A stretch of DNA of 64,000 bases from assembly GCA_010909165.1 (NCBI GenBank), contig MU008171.1, positions 930,001 through 994,000 of the forward strand, read 5' to 3'. The translations under genes and the position numbers were made by a program. Below are positions 35,500-47,337 of the stretch, piece after piece. The DNA is from Anthoceros angustus (lineage: Eukaryota > Plantae > Anthocerotophyta). The notes beneath the pieces are model-generated. The model was given only the letters and a program-made list of their open reading frames with translations. It made no database searches and was not told where the DNA came from. Position 1 is the first letter of the stretch, and each line of letters starts with the position of its first letter.

Positions 35500-38400
35500 A
35501 ATCATCCAACACCACATTACCACTTTGTCACATGTCTATAATTGTGGGTGTGACTTTGATCTGATTCAAAGTGCGTTCTTCCTCGCATGCAGGTAGCTCT
35601 TGAAAATTTGCCGATGTTGAAGCGGTGGAAGGAGTTCTTGAAGTCAAAGGACTTGGATGCTATCGGTGGCGAAGCGAGATTCCTCCCGATATGCAACACT
35701 CGTATGCGTCGGTCGAGGCGATCAGGCAAGCACTATTTGCATATTTGACATTCCATGTCACGTTTCGAGATGTATCATTTGAACTACGGTCGAGGCATCA
35801 GCAGCGGTTCCCGGCTGAAATGCCAATTCAAGGTGTTCAAGATGAAGAGGAGAACTAGATGAAGGTCGTCGTGCAAACTCGTGCGGAAATCGATTGCATT
35901 CAAAGGCTCTTGAACATGATTCCGGATGTGTGTTATTCGTCTGCAGTGCACGGCCTCCACCACTTCCGCGATAAGCGCATCCATTCCAAAGACACCGCCA
36001 TTTCGTATGTTGGATTCCATTCACGGAAGTCCTTCTCCGGAGACAGCCTCGCCGTACATCCCGACCATCCGCAAGACTACTCCTCAGGAAGTGCTCCACG
36101 GGGCGACACGCCCGGTCGGATATGGCCGCTTGTTGGGGTGAATGCCAACTCGGTTTGCGATTGTATCTAGAAGATACTGTTTCCACTGTGGCCCGACGTT
36201 CGGTGGAACCTGTTGTGGAGGAAGAGGGCTCAGATGACAGTGCCTTTGAACATCCACCTCCACAAAGGCGTACATATAATTTGAAGCCCGGGTCCGAATC
36301 ATTTATCGAGCATGGCAGACCACCACGTAGGCATACAGTAGGCAATCTAAAGTGCCTGAGATGAAATGTGAAGAGGTTCGTATTACCCGTGATTTTCGCA
36401 AAACTGTTGTGGTAGACAATGCTTGAGGACAATAGGGAAGGCAACCTTTCGAGATTTGAGGTATCGGTTCCTTAGAATGTGCGAGGAGCGGAGATGCACC
36501 TACAATCCCTTTTGATGTCGATTATGAGGGCGATGGAAGGGTTAGGGTAGACTCGTTTCTTGTCGGACGAGGAAAAGTGTATTGTTGTAGAGGCCTTGAC
36601 GCGTTTATTGTATCGGGTCTAGCTGCAGAAGCAGCGAGGCGGTCGGAAACATTGCGTGGTACGCCCTTGCGATCTGAGGCCGAATCGTCTCAGCTGGCGT
36701 GGATGAACCAAGCTTATGCTTATTGCCGAGAGAATGCCAAACATTGAAGTGTATCACCTTCGACTCTTACTCAAAAGGCGAGGTGTTTCAAGAATACAAG
36801 CAACATATGCGGCTCGTGATGATGTTTCTCATTCCTACTTTTGTCGACTTTGGGCTCGCACTTGAGGTCAAAATTCCGAGCAATCGGTTTGCCTTGTGCA
36901 CAACTGCGATTACCTCAAGCGAAATATAAAGAGCGAGAAAAGCAGAGAAAAACAAGGTGAGGCTTGATGTGAAATTGTGTTTTGGCAATGCGAGGATGGT
37001 CGTCGGCCAGCGCCCGCGCGTGTGTCGTCGTGGCGCCGCAACTCGCGGTCGGCCGCGCTGTCACAACTCGCCGGCCGGCGTAGTTGTGAAGTCGCCCGGT
37101 CGGTACCTCAGATCGTTGGTATTCCTTCCAGGCGGCTTTATTCCTCAACGTTGTTTGGGTGATTATTTTGCGAAGCATTTGAAGGCGATCCGAGGCGGCG
37201 AGGCCATCAAGTCGAGAGAAAAATGCATCAAGCACCGCGTGAAATGTTATGGAGATCCGGCAAAGTATATCGGGATATCCATCGACGGGATGGACCAACA
37301 GAAGACACAGCTTCCACATTTCACGCGTTTACCCAAGGACCTGTCAGATGTAGGTTTGATCGACGTCCACGTTGTGGGGTGCATGGTTTATAACTACACC
37401 ATGTCGGCGGAACTATTCATGGCATACGGGAACATCCGGAACGATGCAAACCTGACTATAGCCAATATCCAGCATGTCATTTCAAATTACGAGGGACTAC
37501 TACCAAAGGTTCTCTATCTTCAACTCGACAATACTGCACGGGAGAATAAGAATGCACGCTATTCACGAATATGTTGGTAGAGCTTAAGGTTTTGAGAAGG
37601 TAAAAGTAGGATTCCTCCTGGTTGGGCACACTCATGACCAGTTGACGGATGTTTTCGAGGTTTTCAAGTGCTTGCGGAAGGAAGCTTTCCGCTGCCCAAA
37701 GACCGGTATTTTGGAGAATGCATATCGCCCAAACCAAAATTATGGAGGTGAAAGAAGTTCCGGACTTCAAAGTTTGTGTGGCCAATACCTTATGGTAAGG
37801 TGGCTATAAACAGTTCTTGAAAAGTTGCACAATATATCTTTCGACATCGGTTCAAAATAACCCGAGAAAAGCGAGGTGAGCCGGACTTATTCGTGATGAG
37901 GGGCAAACAATATTCCACGATGAATCTGGTCACCGGACGAGGGTTTGGAGTTTTGAATAATGTCCCATCTACTCCTATTCAAATTTCGTTTGGTTCATTT
38001 GGAGGTCCAGTAAAAAGCGGTTGCGGAGGAGATCCGAAGAAGTCTTGCGCAATGCGTGGGAAACTAGAGGAAAACTCATGACCAGTTGACGGATGTTTTC
38101 GAGGTTTTCAACGCTTGCAGGAAGGAAGCTTTACGTTGCCCGGTATTTTGGAGAATGCATATCGCCCAAACCAAAATTATGGAGGTGAAAGAAGTTCCGG
38201 ACTTCAAAGTTTGTGTGGCCAATACCTTATGGTAAGGTGGCTATAAACAGTTCTTGCGGAACAGTTGCACAATATATCTTTCGACATCGGTTCAAAATAA
38301 CCCGAAACGCGAGGTGAGCGGACTTATTCGTGATGAGGGGCAAACAATATTCCACGATGAATCTGGTCACCGGACGAGGGTTTGGAGTTTTGAATAATGT

Positions 38401-39256
38401 CCCATCTACTCCTATTCAAGCCGCTCGTTTGGTTCATTTGGAGGTCCAGTAAAAAGCGGTTGCAGAGGAGATCCGAAGAAGTCTTAGCAATGCGTGGGAA
38501 ACTAGAGGAAAACTCGGGACCCATTTGGGCGGTGAGGATATTTGGTGGGAGGAATTCAGGGTGAGCAATCGACCATCGTGGACAAGATAGCATGTGAGCA
38601 TCTTTGAGGAATTGAAGACCCCTTGGCAGTAGTGCGATAGAACACATAATGAAGAGTTGCATCGCCTTTGGTTGTACCAGGTGAGATTTTACAGCATCAA
38701 TCGTTCGCAAGTGCCCGGACATGTATGTTGGAGCGTCACGAGCGGATGATGCGGGAACAAGAAAGCTTGAGCGGCGATGTGTTGGAGATACAAAGCAGTC
38801 ACATGATTGCGGTGCCTTGTGGGGCGGATCGCGACAAGACCATTACGGCTCGCAAAAGTTCTGGTGGACTTCCAATGTGGCCCATTCATTAAAGTCCATT
38901 GGTGGGTGACTAAATGCAGCGCATTTGAAGGCGGTACCTAGAGGAGATGATTTTACGATCGACCACCGGCGATCGTGGGGTCGCTCTCAACGGAGCATGA
39001 GGTTGCGGAAACACGTCGACAAATTGCTTCTTTTCGACACATTCATCTTGGCATACGGGTTTTCTCTAACAAAGCGAAGCAACTAAATGCAAGGACCGAG
39101 AACCATAATACGGAAAAACATGTACGTTTTGCGCATGCGGAGGAAGCTCGGAACATATGGAAGGAAGGGACTGCGGATGATGGCGTTGCGAGAAGATGTT
39201 GCATCGAGGCGAGGACATTGAAACACTTGATGAACATGGTTCATGGAGTTGATTAG
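35500..39256 (+). CDS. DUF7869/Sola-like transposase, copy 2
   Basis: GISIDGMDQQKTQLPHF...LPKVLYLQLDNTARENKN in ORF 36957-37580, and GFLLVGHTH at ~37610-37636. Confidence 0.8.
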
Positions 39257-42200
39257 TTAGTTTTCGATTGACCATGGACTCCTACTAGTCTTTGGTATGG
39301 AAGGTATCGCCGGTGGCCGCACTTCTCAGTGGATAGGTTGTGTGTTCCCCATGGACATAAGCGGCTTAACCAAGTGCGAGTATGGGCACACAAAATGACG
39401 GTACAACACAATTTGCGATTATGTTATCCGTCGGTAAAACCGTGTCTCTATTCGATGGACCTTATTTTTTAGGACAACACATGATAAGACCGGCTGTCGA
39501 CAAATGTTCAAGCGCATCCACGATTCGGTCCCCACACTTTTTCCAAGTTTTGGAGGAATGAATTCAAAGACAATAATTTTTTGGCCACGTTCTTTTCGGT
39601 CTTGTCGAAAAGTGGATGCCAAATTTCTTCAAAACCCGCAATAGCATACATGGTTTTCGGGACATGCTTTTTGAATATGATGATGGGAAAGTTTCTGCCT
39701 TTTTGCCCATTTCAATCCGCCGATGCGCGAGACTTTGTTTCCGGCACCTTTAGCTCCTCTTAAAAATTTTCGGAGATAAAGATAGGTTCAATGGTGTTGA
39801 CTACAACATCGGGCATTAAATGACCGGATCCTAGAAGAGCATGAGCTTATGCAGCGATGGGTCGGACCCAAAGGTAAAAGCTCCCGCTAGAAGTCTTGAT
39901 CAACTTGAGTGGGAACGCAAAGATAGACGCACTAGGTCTATTCTTATTTACGCTTACGGATGAACATGATCCCTCACACCATAGGAGCTGTCAATGCTGG
40001 CGATGTGTGGAAGGTGTTTAAGCGGATCTACCAAGATAAGAGCTCGGCATCCCTAGTACACGCGTGTAGGGATTTTTCAACGAGGATGAAGGACAAGGAG
40101 CCTGTGCTTACATCAACAAGTTTCGGACTTGTAGAGCCAATTTGGCCTCTTGGAAACACCCTCACCGAGGTACAAGCTGTCGACTAGCCTCGCTCGAAAC
40201 CTATCAAAATTTTGTTGGAAGCCGAATGCAACCATTCGTGCGGCGGTCAAGCGTGGTCTGGTCGGATGCAGACATTACTCTCGAAGAAGTTTTGGGTGCA
40301 CTCCTCTCAAGGCGTGCACATGGTCTTCACAAGACACGTGGAGCCACTACAAGCAACACGAAGGTGTTATTTTCTTCAAGAGAGGCGGCTTTCGTGGATG
40401 AGGCGGTCGAGGTTTTTCATTCTCGGGACAGCAAGGTTCCCCAACACTCAAGAAGTCTCTTACATAAGCGGGTGTAAGAATCTGGGGCACTTTGAGAAAG
40501 GCAGAGAAAAAGAGAGTGGAGAGCCTCGTGAGATTCTCCCAGTGAAAGCAACCTATCTGTCAAAGCTAAGCAGCCCACCATTTTAGCGGTTTGTCTTTCA
40601 TCATTTCAAAACCTCTTTTGATACAGTTCCTAGATTCGGGGCAACCAGCCATCTGCTTTGATAGAAAGTCTTTCGATCACTTCACTCCAGCGGATGACAA
40701 GCAATTTGTGCTTTTGGGAGGCAGGTCTTTCCATTAAGGGTTGGATGCTTACTATGAATTACCAACCCTTGGCGCCTCACATTATCCGGTGTATTGTTTG
40801 TACTGACCATGACAAAAACCTCATGTCGATGAAGCTAGCTCAAGAACATCATTGCCGAGTGTGCTTGACACTAGAGGTTGTATCATTTCTTCTATGAGGA
40901 GTGGTAAAATCAGTTCAGGACTCCTACAATGAGTCTGTATTTATTGGATGTTAGATCCACTTTAGCCCTTAGTGTGTCCCAACAACGGTTGGCCACCCGC
41001 TTTGGCTGTAGGCTTGGTCATGTGAATTTCCAACGTCATCTTCACGAACAAAGGCGAGAGCTTTCGTGAACCCCTTGATTTTCATTTTGAGGATCCACCT
41101 TTTGTGAAGCTTGCAAGCTTAGTAAAGGTCGTTACCTTTTAAGGACCGGTTTCCTCGAGGCTACAAGGCTCCTACAAACCATTCACGGTGATATTTGCGG
41201 ACCCATGTCAACAACTTCATTTGGCGGTGCCTCTTACTTCCTAACTTTCATAGATGAGTGGAGCAGTTTTTGCGTGTTTCCTCTTCGCCACAAGAGTGAG
41301 ACCACAGGTATTTTCAACAATATGTCACTTATGCACAAAGACAAACTGGAGCTCAGGTTCGCACACTTCGCAGCGACAATGGAGGCGAGTATACCAGTAA
41401 AGCTTTTGCTTCATTTTGTGCTACTGAGGGCATCCAGCATCAATTCACTGTTCCCTACACCCCTGAGCAGAACTCTTTCTCAGAACGTAAGAACAGGACT
41501 TTACAGGAAGCCACTCTGGCCTCCTTAAATTTTGCTGCATTGACACGAGGGTATTGGGCTGAGGCCCTTATGGCAGCCAATTATGTGCAAAACCGTCTGC
41601 CTTCCAAGGAGCTTGGTCAAGTGACTCCATATGAAAGATGGACTGGCAACAAACCTCGAGTGAAGCACCTTGAATCTTTGGATCTCTGCATATGCGCTTG
41701 TGCCATCACCTTGAGGACCAAGCTCGACTCCAAAGCAACTCGACATATTTTTGTGGGCTATTCCGAAGATGTAAAAGGGTACAAACTTTTTGATCCCTCT
41801 ACCCGGCAACTCACCATAGCTCGCAGTGTTGTTTTCAATGAATATGTATTGCTGCAACGCCATGCTGCCAATTTGCTTCCCACTTCTCAGCCAGATCCTC
41901 CTTCAATCTATGGTGTTCCTTCTCAGTCTCATGACACTTCAACTGTCTCTCTTTTTGAGAATGATCCTCCTATGGGATCACAGGGGGGATGCTTACCCAC
42001 TGCTGTTGCTGCTCCTTTACCAGTGGTTGTTGATGCTTTACCTCACGCTGATCCACTTGATGTTGATACTGACCGTCCATCAAGAGCGACTTGAGCCTCT
42101 AGAGCCTTTGGCATCAGCACATGATCCCATAGAAGAATCCTTGGACAAACAACCACTACGTCGTTCGAGCGGGTAAGAAAACCCATCAATGAGTGGAAGT

Positions 42201-44641
42201 GGAGGTGAGTTTGTTGCTTCCACTTCTCAAGACATAGCACTTAGTGTAGCAGCTTCCCTAGGAGAACCAGCCACCTATAGAGAAGCTATTGACGGTCCTG
42301 AATCTTCCCAGTGGAAGAAGGCCATAGAATGTGAATACAAGTCCTTACTTCAAAATAATACTTGAAGCTAGTGCCTTTACCGGTGGTTGTTGATGCTTTA
42401 CCTCTGCTGATCCACTTGATGTTGATATGTCCGTCCATCAAGAGCGGCTTGAGCCTCTAGAGCCTTTGGCATCGCACATGATCCCATAGAAGAATCCTTG
42501 GACAAACAACCACTACGTCGTTCGAGCGGGTAAGAAAACCCATCAATGAGTGGAAGTGGAGGTGAGTTTGTTGCTTCCACTTCTCAAGACATAGCACTTA
42601 GTGTAGCGCTTCCCTAGGAGAACCGACCACCTATAGAGAAGCTATTGACGGTCCTGAATCTTCTGGAAGAAGGCCATAGAATGTGAATACAAGTCCTTAC
42701 TTCAAAATAATACTTGGAAGCTAGTGCCTTTACTGGTAGGAAACCCATAGCATGTAAATGGGTCTTCAAAAGAAACTCAACACCGATGGCACCATAGGGA
42801 GGTATAAAGCTCGCCTTGTGGCCAAAGGTTATAGTCGAGTGCTGGCCTAGATTACAATGAAACTTTCTACTTTGTTGTCAAATCCACCTCCATCGAATCC
42901 TCCTAGCCGTTGCTGCCACTACAATCTTCTAGTGCACCAACTTGACGTGAAAGCGCCTTTTGAATGGACTCTTAGAAGAAGACATGTATATGTCTCAACC
43001 AGAAGGATTTGAGGTGGACAATGACAGAGTATGCAAGTTACTAAAAACTTTGTAAGGCCTCAAGCAGTCCTCTCGTGCTTGGAATGAGGTTTTCCATGAA
43101 TTGCTGATGGAGCTTGGTTTCATATGTTTGGATCGACAATAGTGTCTACCTATTATGTGATGGAGCTGACTTCCTTATTTTGGCAGTCTATGTTGATGAT
43201 AATATCCTTCTCAGCACTTACGCTAGCTTGATGAATAAGGTTAAGCAAGTTCTACTTTCTAGATTGAAATGAGGATCTAGGAGAGCTCACTTTCTCTTTA
43301 GGAGTCAGTTCCACTTCAACAACAAAGATAGTACTATAGATATACATCAAGAGCACTTTGTGCACCAGCTCTTGCAGAGGTTCAATATGGCAGATGCCCG
43401 TCCTGTCTCTACCCCCATGAGTGTAGGAGAGAAACTGTCTTATTGGCAATGTCCTAGTTTAGAAGCAGAAAAACTTGAAATGGCTACTAAGCCATATAGG
43501 CAGGCTGTGGGGTCACTCATTTACTTGTCAAACTGGACCCGACCTGATATAACGAGAGTCGAGGTACCGGCCACCTTTCTAGAAAACCAGGCCTTGCTCA
43601 ATGGACGCGTGAAGAGGATTTTTCGATATTTGAAAGGTACTTCAAGGAAGGGATTGCGGTTTTGTAGGCATAAGGATGGTCTTCAACTCACGACCCTCTG
43701 CGATGCGGATCGTGACCTGACACTGTGAAGAGTGTGGCAAAGATATTGCATGTTTCTTGGAGCATCTCCGATATCTTGGTCTTCTAAGAAGTCAACACCA
43801 TCCGCTCTATCATCTACGGAGGCAGTATGGGGCCATGACACAGTTGCCAAGGAAATTTTATGGGTCGAAGTTTCGACAGTACGATAACCCAACCAGGCCC
43901 TACTCAATTGTGGTGCGACAACCAACCGTATTGCCTTGTCCAAAATCCATATTTCATGCGAGATCAAAACACATAGAGATCTCTCATCATTTTATAAGGT
44001 TGTGTGGCAAGGAGGTAAGTGTGTCTTATGTTCCTACTAGTGAAAATCTGCAGACTTGCTTACGAAGGCCTTGACCAAGAGCAGTTCATGAGAAACATGT
44101 CATTGCTATAGTGTGTGTGATATTCCTTCAGGAAAAGGAGGAAAAGCTCACTAGAATTTTCCTACTCTTGTCACCCAATGGGAGCTAATCACTAGAATTT
44201 CCTTCTCTTCTCCTTTGGTTGTTTTGAGTCCTTTTGTACCTTCACCTCACCTTTAGAGTTTCCTGTAAGTACACATATTCTTGTACATCCGAGACAACAA
44301 AGGCCACTATGGAGCTTGAAGTCCAATCATGTAGAAGGCTTGAGGCTTGAATGCCATTAGCTACAAGTTCTAGTATGTACATTTCTATTCCAAATGCTCA
44401 CTAAGTGGGAGTATTGGGATTTACAGGTAATCATGTAGTTGAAGCATGTTACAAATGTAATTCGGTAGTTAGCCTTTCCAGTTAGAACAGTTAGAACAGT
44501 TACCACTCCTGTGCTATTTAAGAACCTGATGTTACCTTACTTGATAATCAATGACAAATGTGTTCTTCTCTACATTCTGTGCTCTCTTGCCATATCCTGT
44601 GATCCACAGATAGCATAATGCAGCTGTCGCTAATAGCATTA

Positions 44642-45335
44642 AAGTGTGCCAGCTCCTTGAAATGGATCCTCTTCTGGGGCGACTCAATCACCAAGGCACC
44701 ATCCGCAACCTGCTCATTTTCGTACTGGGCTTGCGAAAGCGAACGTTCGATGACACATTCCAGGACTCCGCCGACAAGTCCCAGACCCTGCGCATCACGA
44801 GCATCTTCGGCGGGCACTCCAATGATACCAAGAACGACCTGGGCCTGAAATTCCCGTCCCACGGGCCTTACCGCGACTTCATCCGCTCCTACTTCAATAA
44901 CAGCCAAGTGCCCAGCTTCATGGTACCGGTAAGAAGTCGAGAAATCTGACAGAGTACGCCAAAGAGGCGGAATCCGCAGCCAGCTTCTGGGCTCAAGAAT
45001 TGGACACTGGTGGAGAAGACAAGGTGAGGCCAGGGTTGTGCTTGCACCACTGTGGCTTCGGCCGGCCAGTCCAGGCACATGGCCGCCAACCCACACGAAA
45101 TGGAAGCCTATGACGAACTTCTGGTTGATTGCTTCCGGCATCCCACTCAAGTGGTGGACGCCTACGACCTGACATTCCCTTGACACTTCGACAACAACTG
45201 CAGCGATGGAGGACACTAGGGCAGACCTCCTGCTCTCAAACCCTGGTTTGGACAAAGGGCCATCAGTAATTTGTCGATGTAATGCTTGCTCACATCCTGC
45301 TCAACGTTGCCTGCCCGCAGCAAAACACGATGGAA
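44642..45335 (+). pseudogene. 3' part of the SGNH/PC-esterase-like (At3g06150-like) gene
   Basis: KWILFWGDS(N)HQGTIRNLLIFVLG, QTLRITSIFGGH, ANPHEMEAY, VVDAYDLTFP*HFDNNCSDGGH*GRP (stops at 45181 and 45217), GHQ*FVDVMLAHILLN. Confidence 0.75.
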
Positions 45336-45384
45336 AGGGTTGTGTACCATGGAATTCAGTCGGGGTATTGGTCCTCAATTCGGA

Positions 45385-45750
45385 CTGGTTGGGATTGTGA
45401 CGGCTGCTTTCCATTGCAGCAAGTTTGACCAGGGTCTAATTCCGGCTGGTTGGAGAGCAAAGGCCTGTCCATTGCTGACGAGATTTCAAGACTGGAGTAA
45501 CTTCTCGAATTCCGACTGGTTGAAATTGTGACCTTTGCTCTCCATTGCTGCAAGTTTCACCGGGGTCTTCCAATCCGACAGTACTGGTTGGAATTGTGAA
45601 CGTTGCTTTCCATTGCTGACGAGTTTCACTGGGGTCCTCAAGATTGATTGGTGGGAATCGTGACCCGCTGCTTTACATTGCGAATAAGTTTCATCCAAGC
45701 TCTTCAAGTCGGACGGGTTGGAACTGTGACCGGTGCTTTCCATTGTTGTG
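45385..45750. repeat. Six degenerate ~60-70 bp tandem units (CTGGTTGG.ATTGTGAC..TGCTTTCCATTGCTG)
   Basis: Units start near 45387, 45445, 45515, 45583, 45646 and 45713. Confidence 0.75.
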
Positions 45751-46427
45751 CCATCCGCCTTATTCGTAAAGCCCAAAGTGCTTATCCTTGAGCAGGACAG
45801 TGTCAGGCGATATGGATGCTGCTTGGGAGAAGCGATGGTTGGGGAATTGAACGGGTGGTTTGTGTTACGACATGGAAAGCAGGCGTTCGCAGGCCTGGAG
45901 GAGATTATGAAGATTTCTGTTGCCCAGACTTCAAGCTTGAGCTCATTCCTGGTTTCCTGGTTACAAGTAGTAACCTCTTCCCAGCCCACATATGTGATAG
46001 TGCACAGCAGGAGACTCCAGGGAACAAGCTCAGGCTGCTGGAATGGAAATCGTGGTTTTTTTTTTTTTTGGGGTTGGGGGTTTAAGAGAGCTTGTTGCAA
46101 CAATTCTAGGCGGAGACGTAGAAGGCGAGGAAGCACTCTAACCGAACTTGGAAAGTTTGCAGTGGCCGGACATCAAAGTGAGAAGCACAAGATTCGATAG
46201 GCTTCACATGGAAAGAACTTGTAAGATTATTGGACAGGCTGAGAAACGTGTCAACATTCGACAGGCTTCTCATGGAAAGCACTTGTAAGATCATCGGACA
46301 GGCTGAGAAACACTTGATCCAGGCCTAGGATTTGAAGCACTGAATGAGGTTACGTAGTAGAATTCTCACTTGACAATGTAGGACGAAGGCAACATGCACA
46401 TGATGTATTGGCAGCACATCTCATCAT

Positions 46428-47337
46428 CTAATGCAACTTGTTGGTACGAACCCACTTGGTGCTGAACTTCCATTCGAACAGCCTGTAGGTTCCTGGTCGG
46501 TGACAGGCACCCTCGACGAGAATCCAACATACGACTTGTCATTCACGTAATCGGAAAGCTTCAAGCCCGAGTACTGGAGGCAGAGCTTGGCCTGCTTCTT
46601 GTCGGGCTGGCCGTCCGCAGTGAGGTTCTGGAATCGCACAGCCAGGTACTCCTGTCTGGCGTCGTAGTCGATGAACACGGCGATCTTGGTGTCGATGAAG
46701 GAGGCTTCGTCCCACAGGAACTGGTCGACCACGGAATCCACGCTGTTGATGTCTAGGCCCACATGCGGGATGGCGGGATCCCAGTCGTAGGCCCGGGACG
46801 TGTCGATCTCCACAGCCACGGTCTTGGTCTTATCTCCGCGGAGCGACTTGCCGGTCGCGGTGTCGATCTCGAACAGGCCCAGGCTCTCGGATCCGCTGGC
46901 GCCCACGTTCTGGTCGGGCGTGATGGCGAATGCCCAGCCCCGCCGAAGAGGCGCTTCACGCTCCGCTCGCTGTCGCGGTCGAAGTCGATGACGAACTCCG
47001 AGGAGAAGGAGGCCGCGTACTGGCTCTTCTTCTGGTACAGCTGCACCTTCTTGTTGTAGGCGTATCGCACCGAGGCCACGTCGTTGTCGTAGGAGAAGAC
47101 GATCTGGCCGGCCGGGTCGGACGGCGTGCAGATGGCTGTCGCGGGCGAGTCGATGGAGCCGCCGTAGCTGCAGTTGAGCGCTGAGGTGAATGGCGGGTAG
47201 GAGAGGCTCACTCCCTTGGGCAGGTGCGCATCCTGACCAGCTCCAAGCCTCGTGGCTGCCGCTGGTACTGGGAAGCTACTGCTCGCCAGAACAAGCAGCG
47301 CCAGCAGGAGCAGCTGCGTCGCCCGAGCTACTGCCAT
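46428..47337 (-). CDS. Secreted legume (L-type) lectin domain protein, single exon, no kinase seen; two apparent frameshifts
   Basis: Signal peptide MAVARATQLLLLALLVLASS, then ASFSSEFVI, GWAFAITP, TVAVEIDT, PHVGLDINSV, IDYDA, YVGFSS, YRLFEWKFS...LH* (TAG at 46430-46428). Confidence 0.88.

Larger units (their letters stand above)
30966..39739. mobile_element. Sola-like TIR DNA transposon, copy 2 (contains an extra 444-bp internal duplication)
   Basis: TCCA at 30962-30965 then AACAAAGTCCGC. Right end GACTTTGTT at 39731-39739 followed by TCCG. Confidence 0.86.
16826..41287. repeat. Tandem segmental duplication: unit 1 16826-28820, unit 2 28821-41287
   Basis: Collinear near-identity of all internal features. 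The 9-mer TCCTCTTCG occurs at 16817-16825, at the junction 28812-28820 and at 41279-41287. Confidence 0.9.
30106..44641 (+). mobile_element. Full-span Copia with TA...TA LTRs (30106-30333 and 44412-44641), carrying the DNA transposon in gag
   Basis: TSD AAGTG at 30101-30105 and 44642-44646, PBS at 30334. Integrase (HGDICGPM, YFLTFIDE, YWAEALMAANYVQNR), RT (KARLVAKG-like at ~42805, VYVDD at ~43190), RNase H (HARSKHIEI), PPT AAGTGGGAG before 44412. Confidence 0.92.

Noticed and set aside
44548-45255. 235-aa minus-strand ORF
   Set aside because: It is the antisense shadow of the GC-rich esterase-like exon and runs into the LTR.
45385-45750. W-x-C-x2-C repeats on + suggesting RanBP2 zinc fingers
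   Set aside because: The N and second CxxC are missing and stops interrupt the frame.
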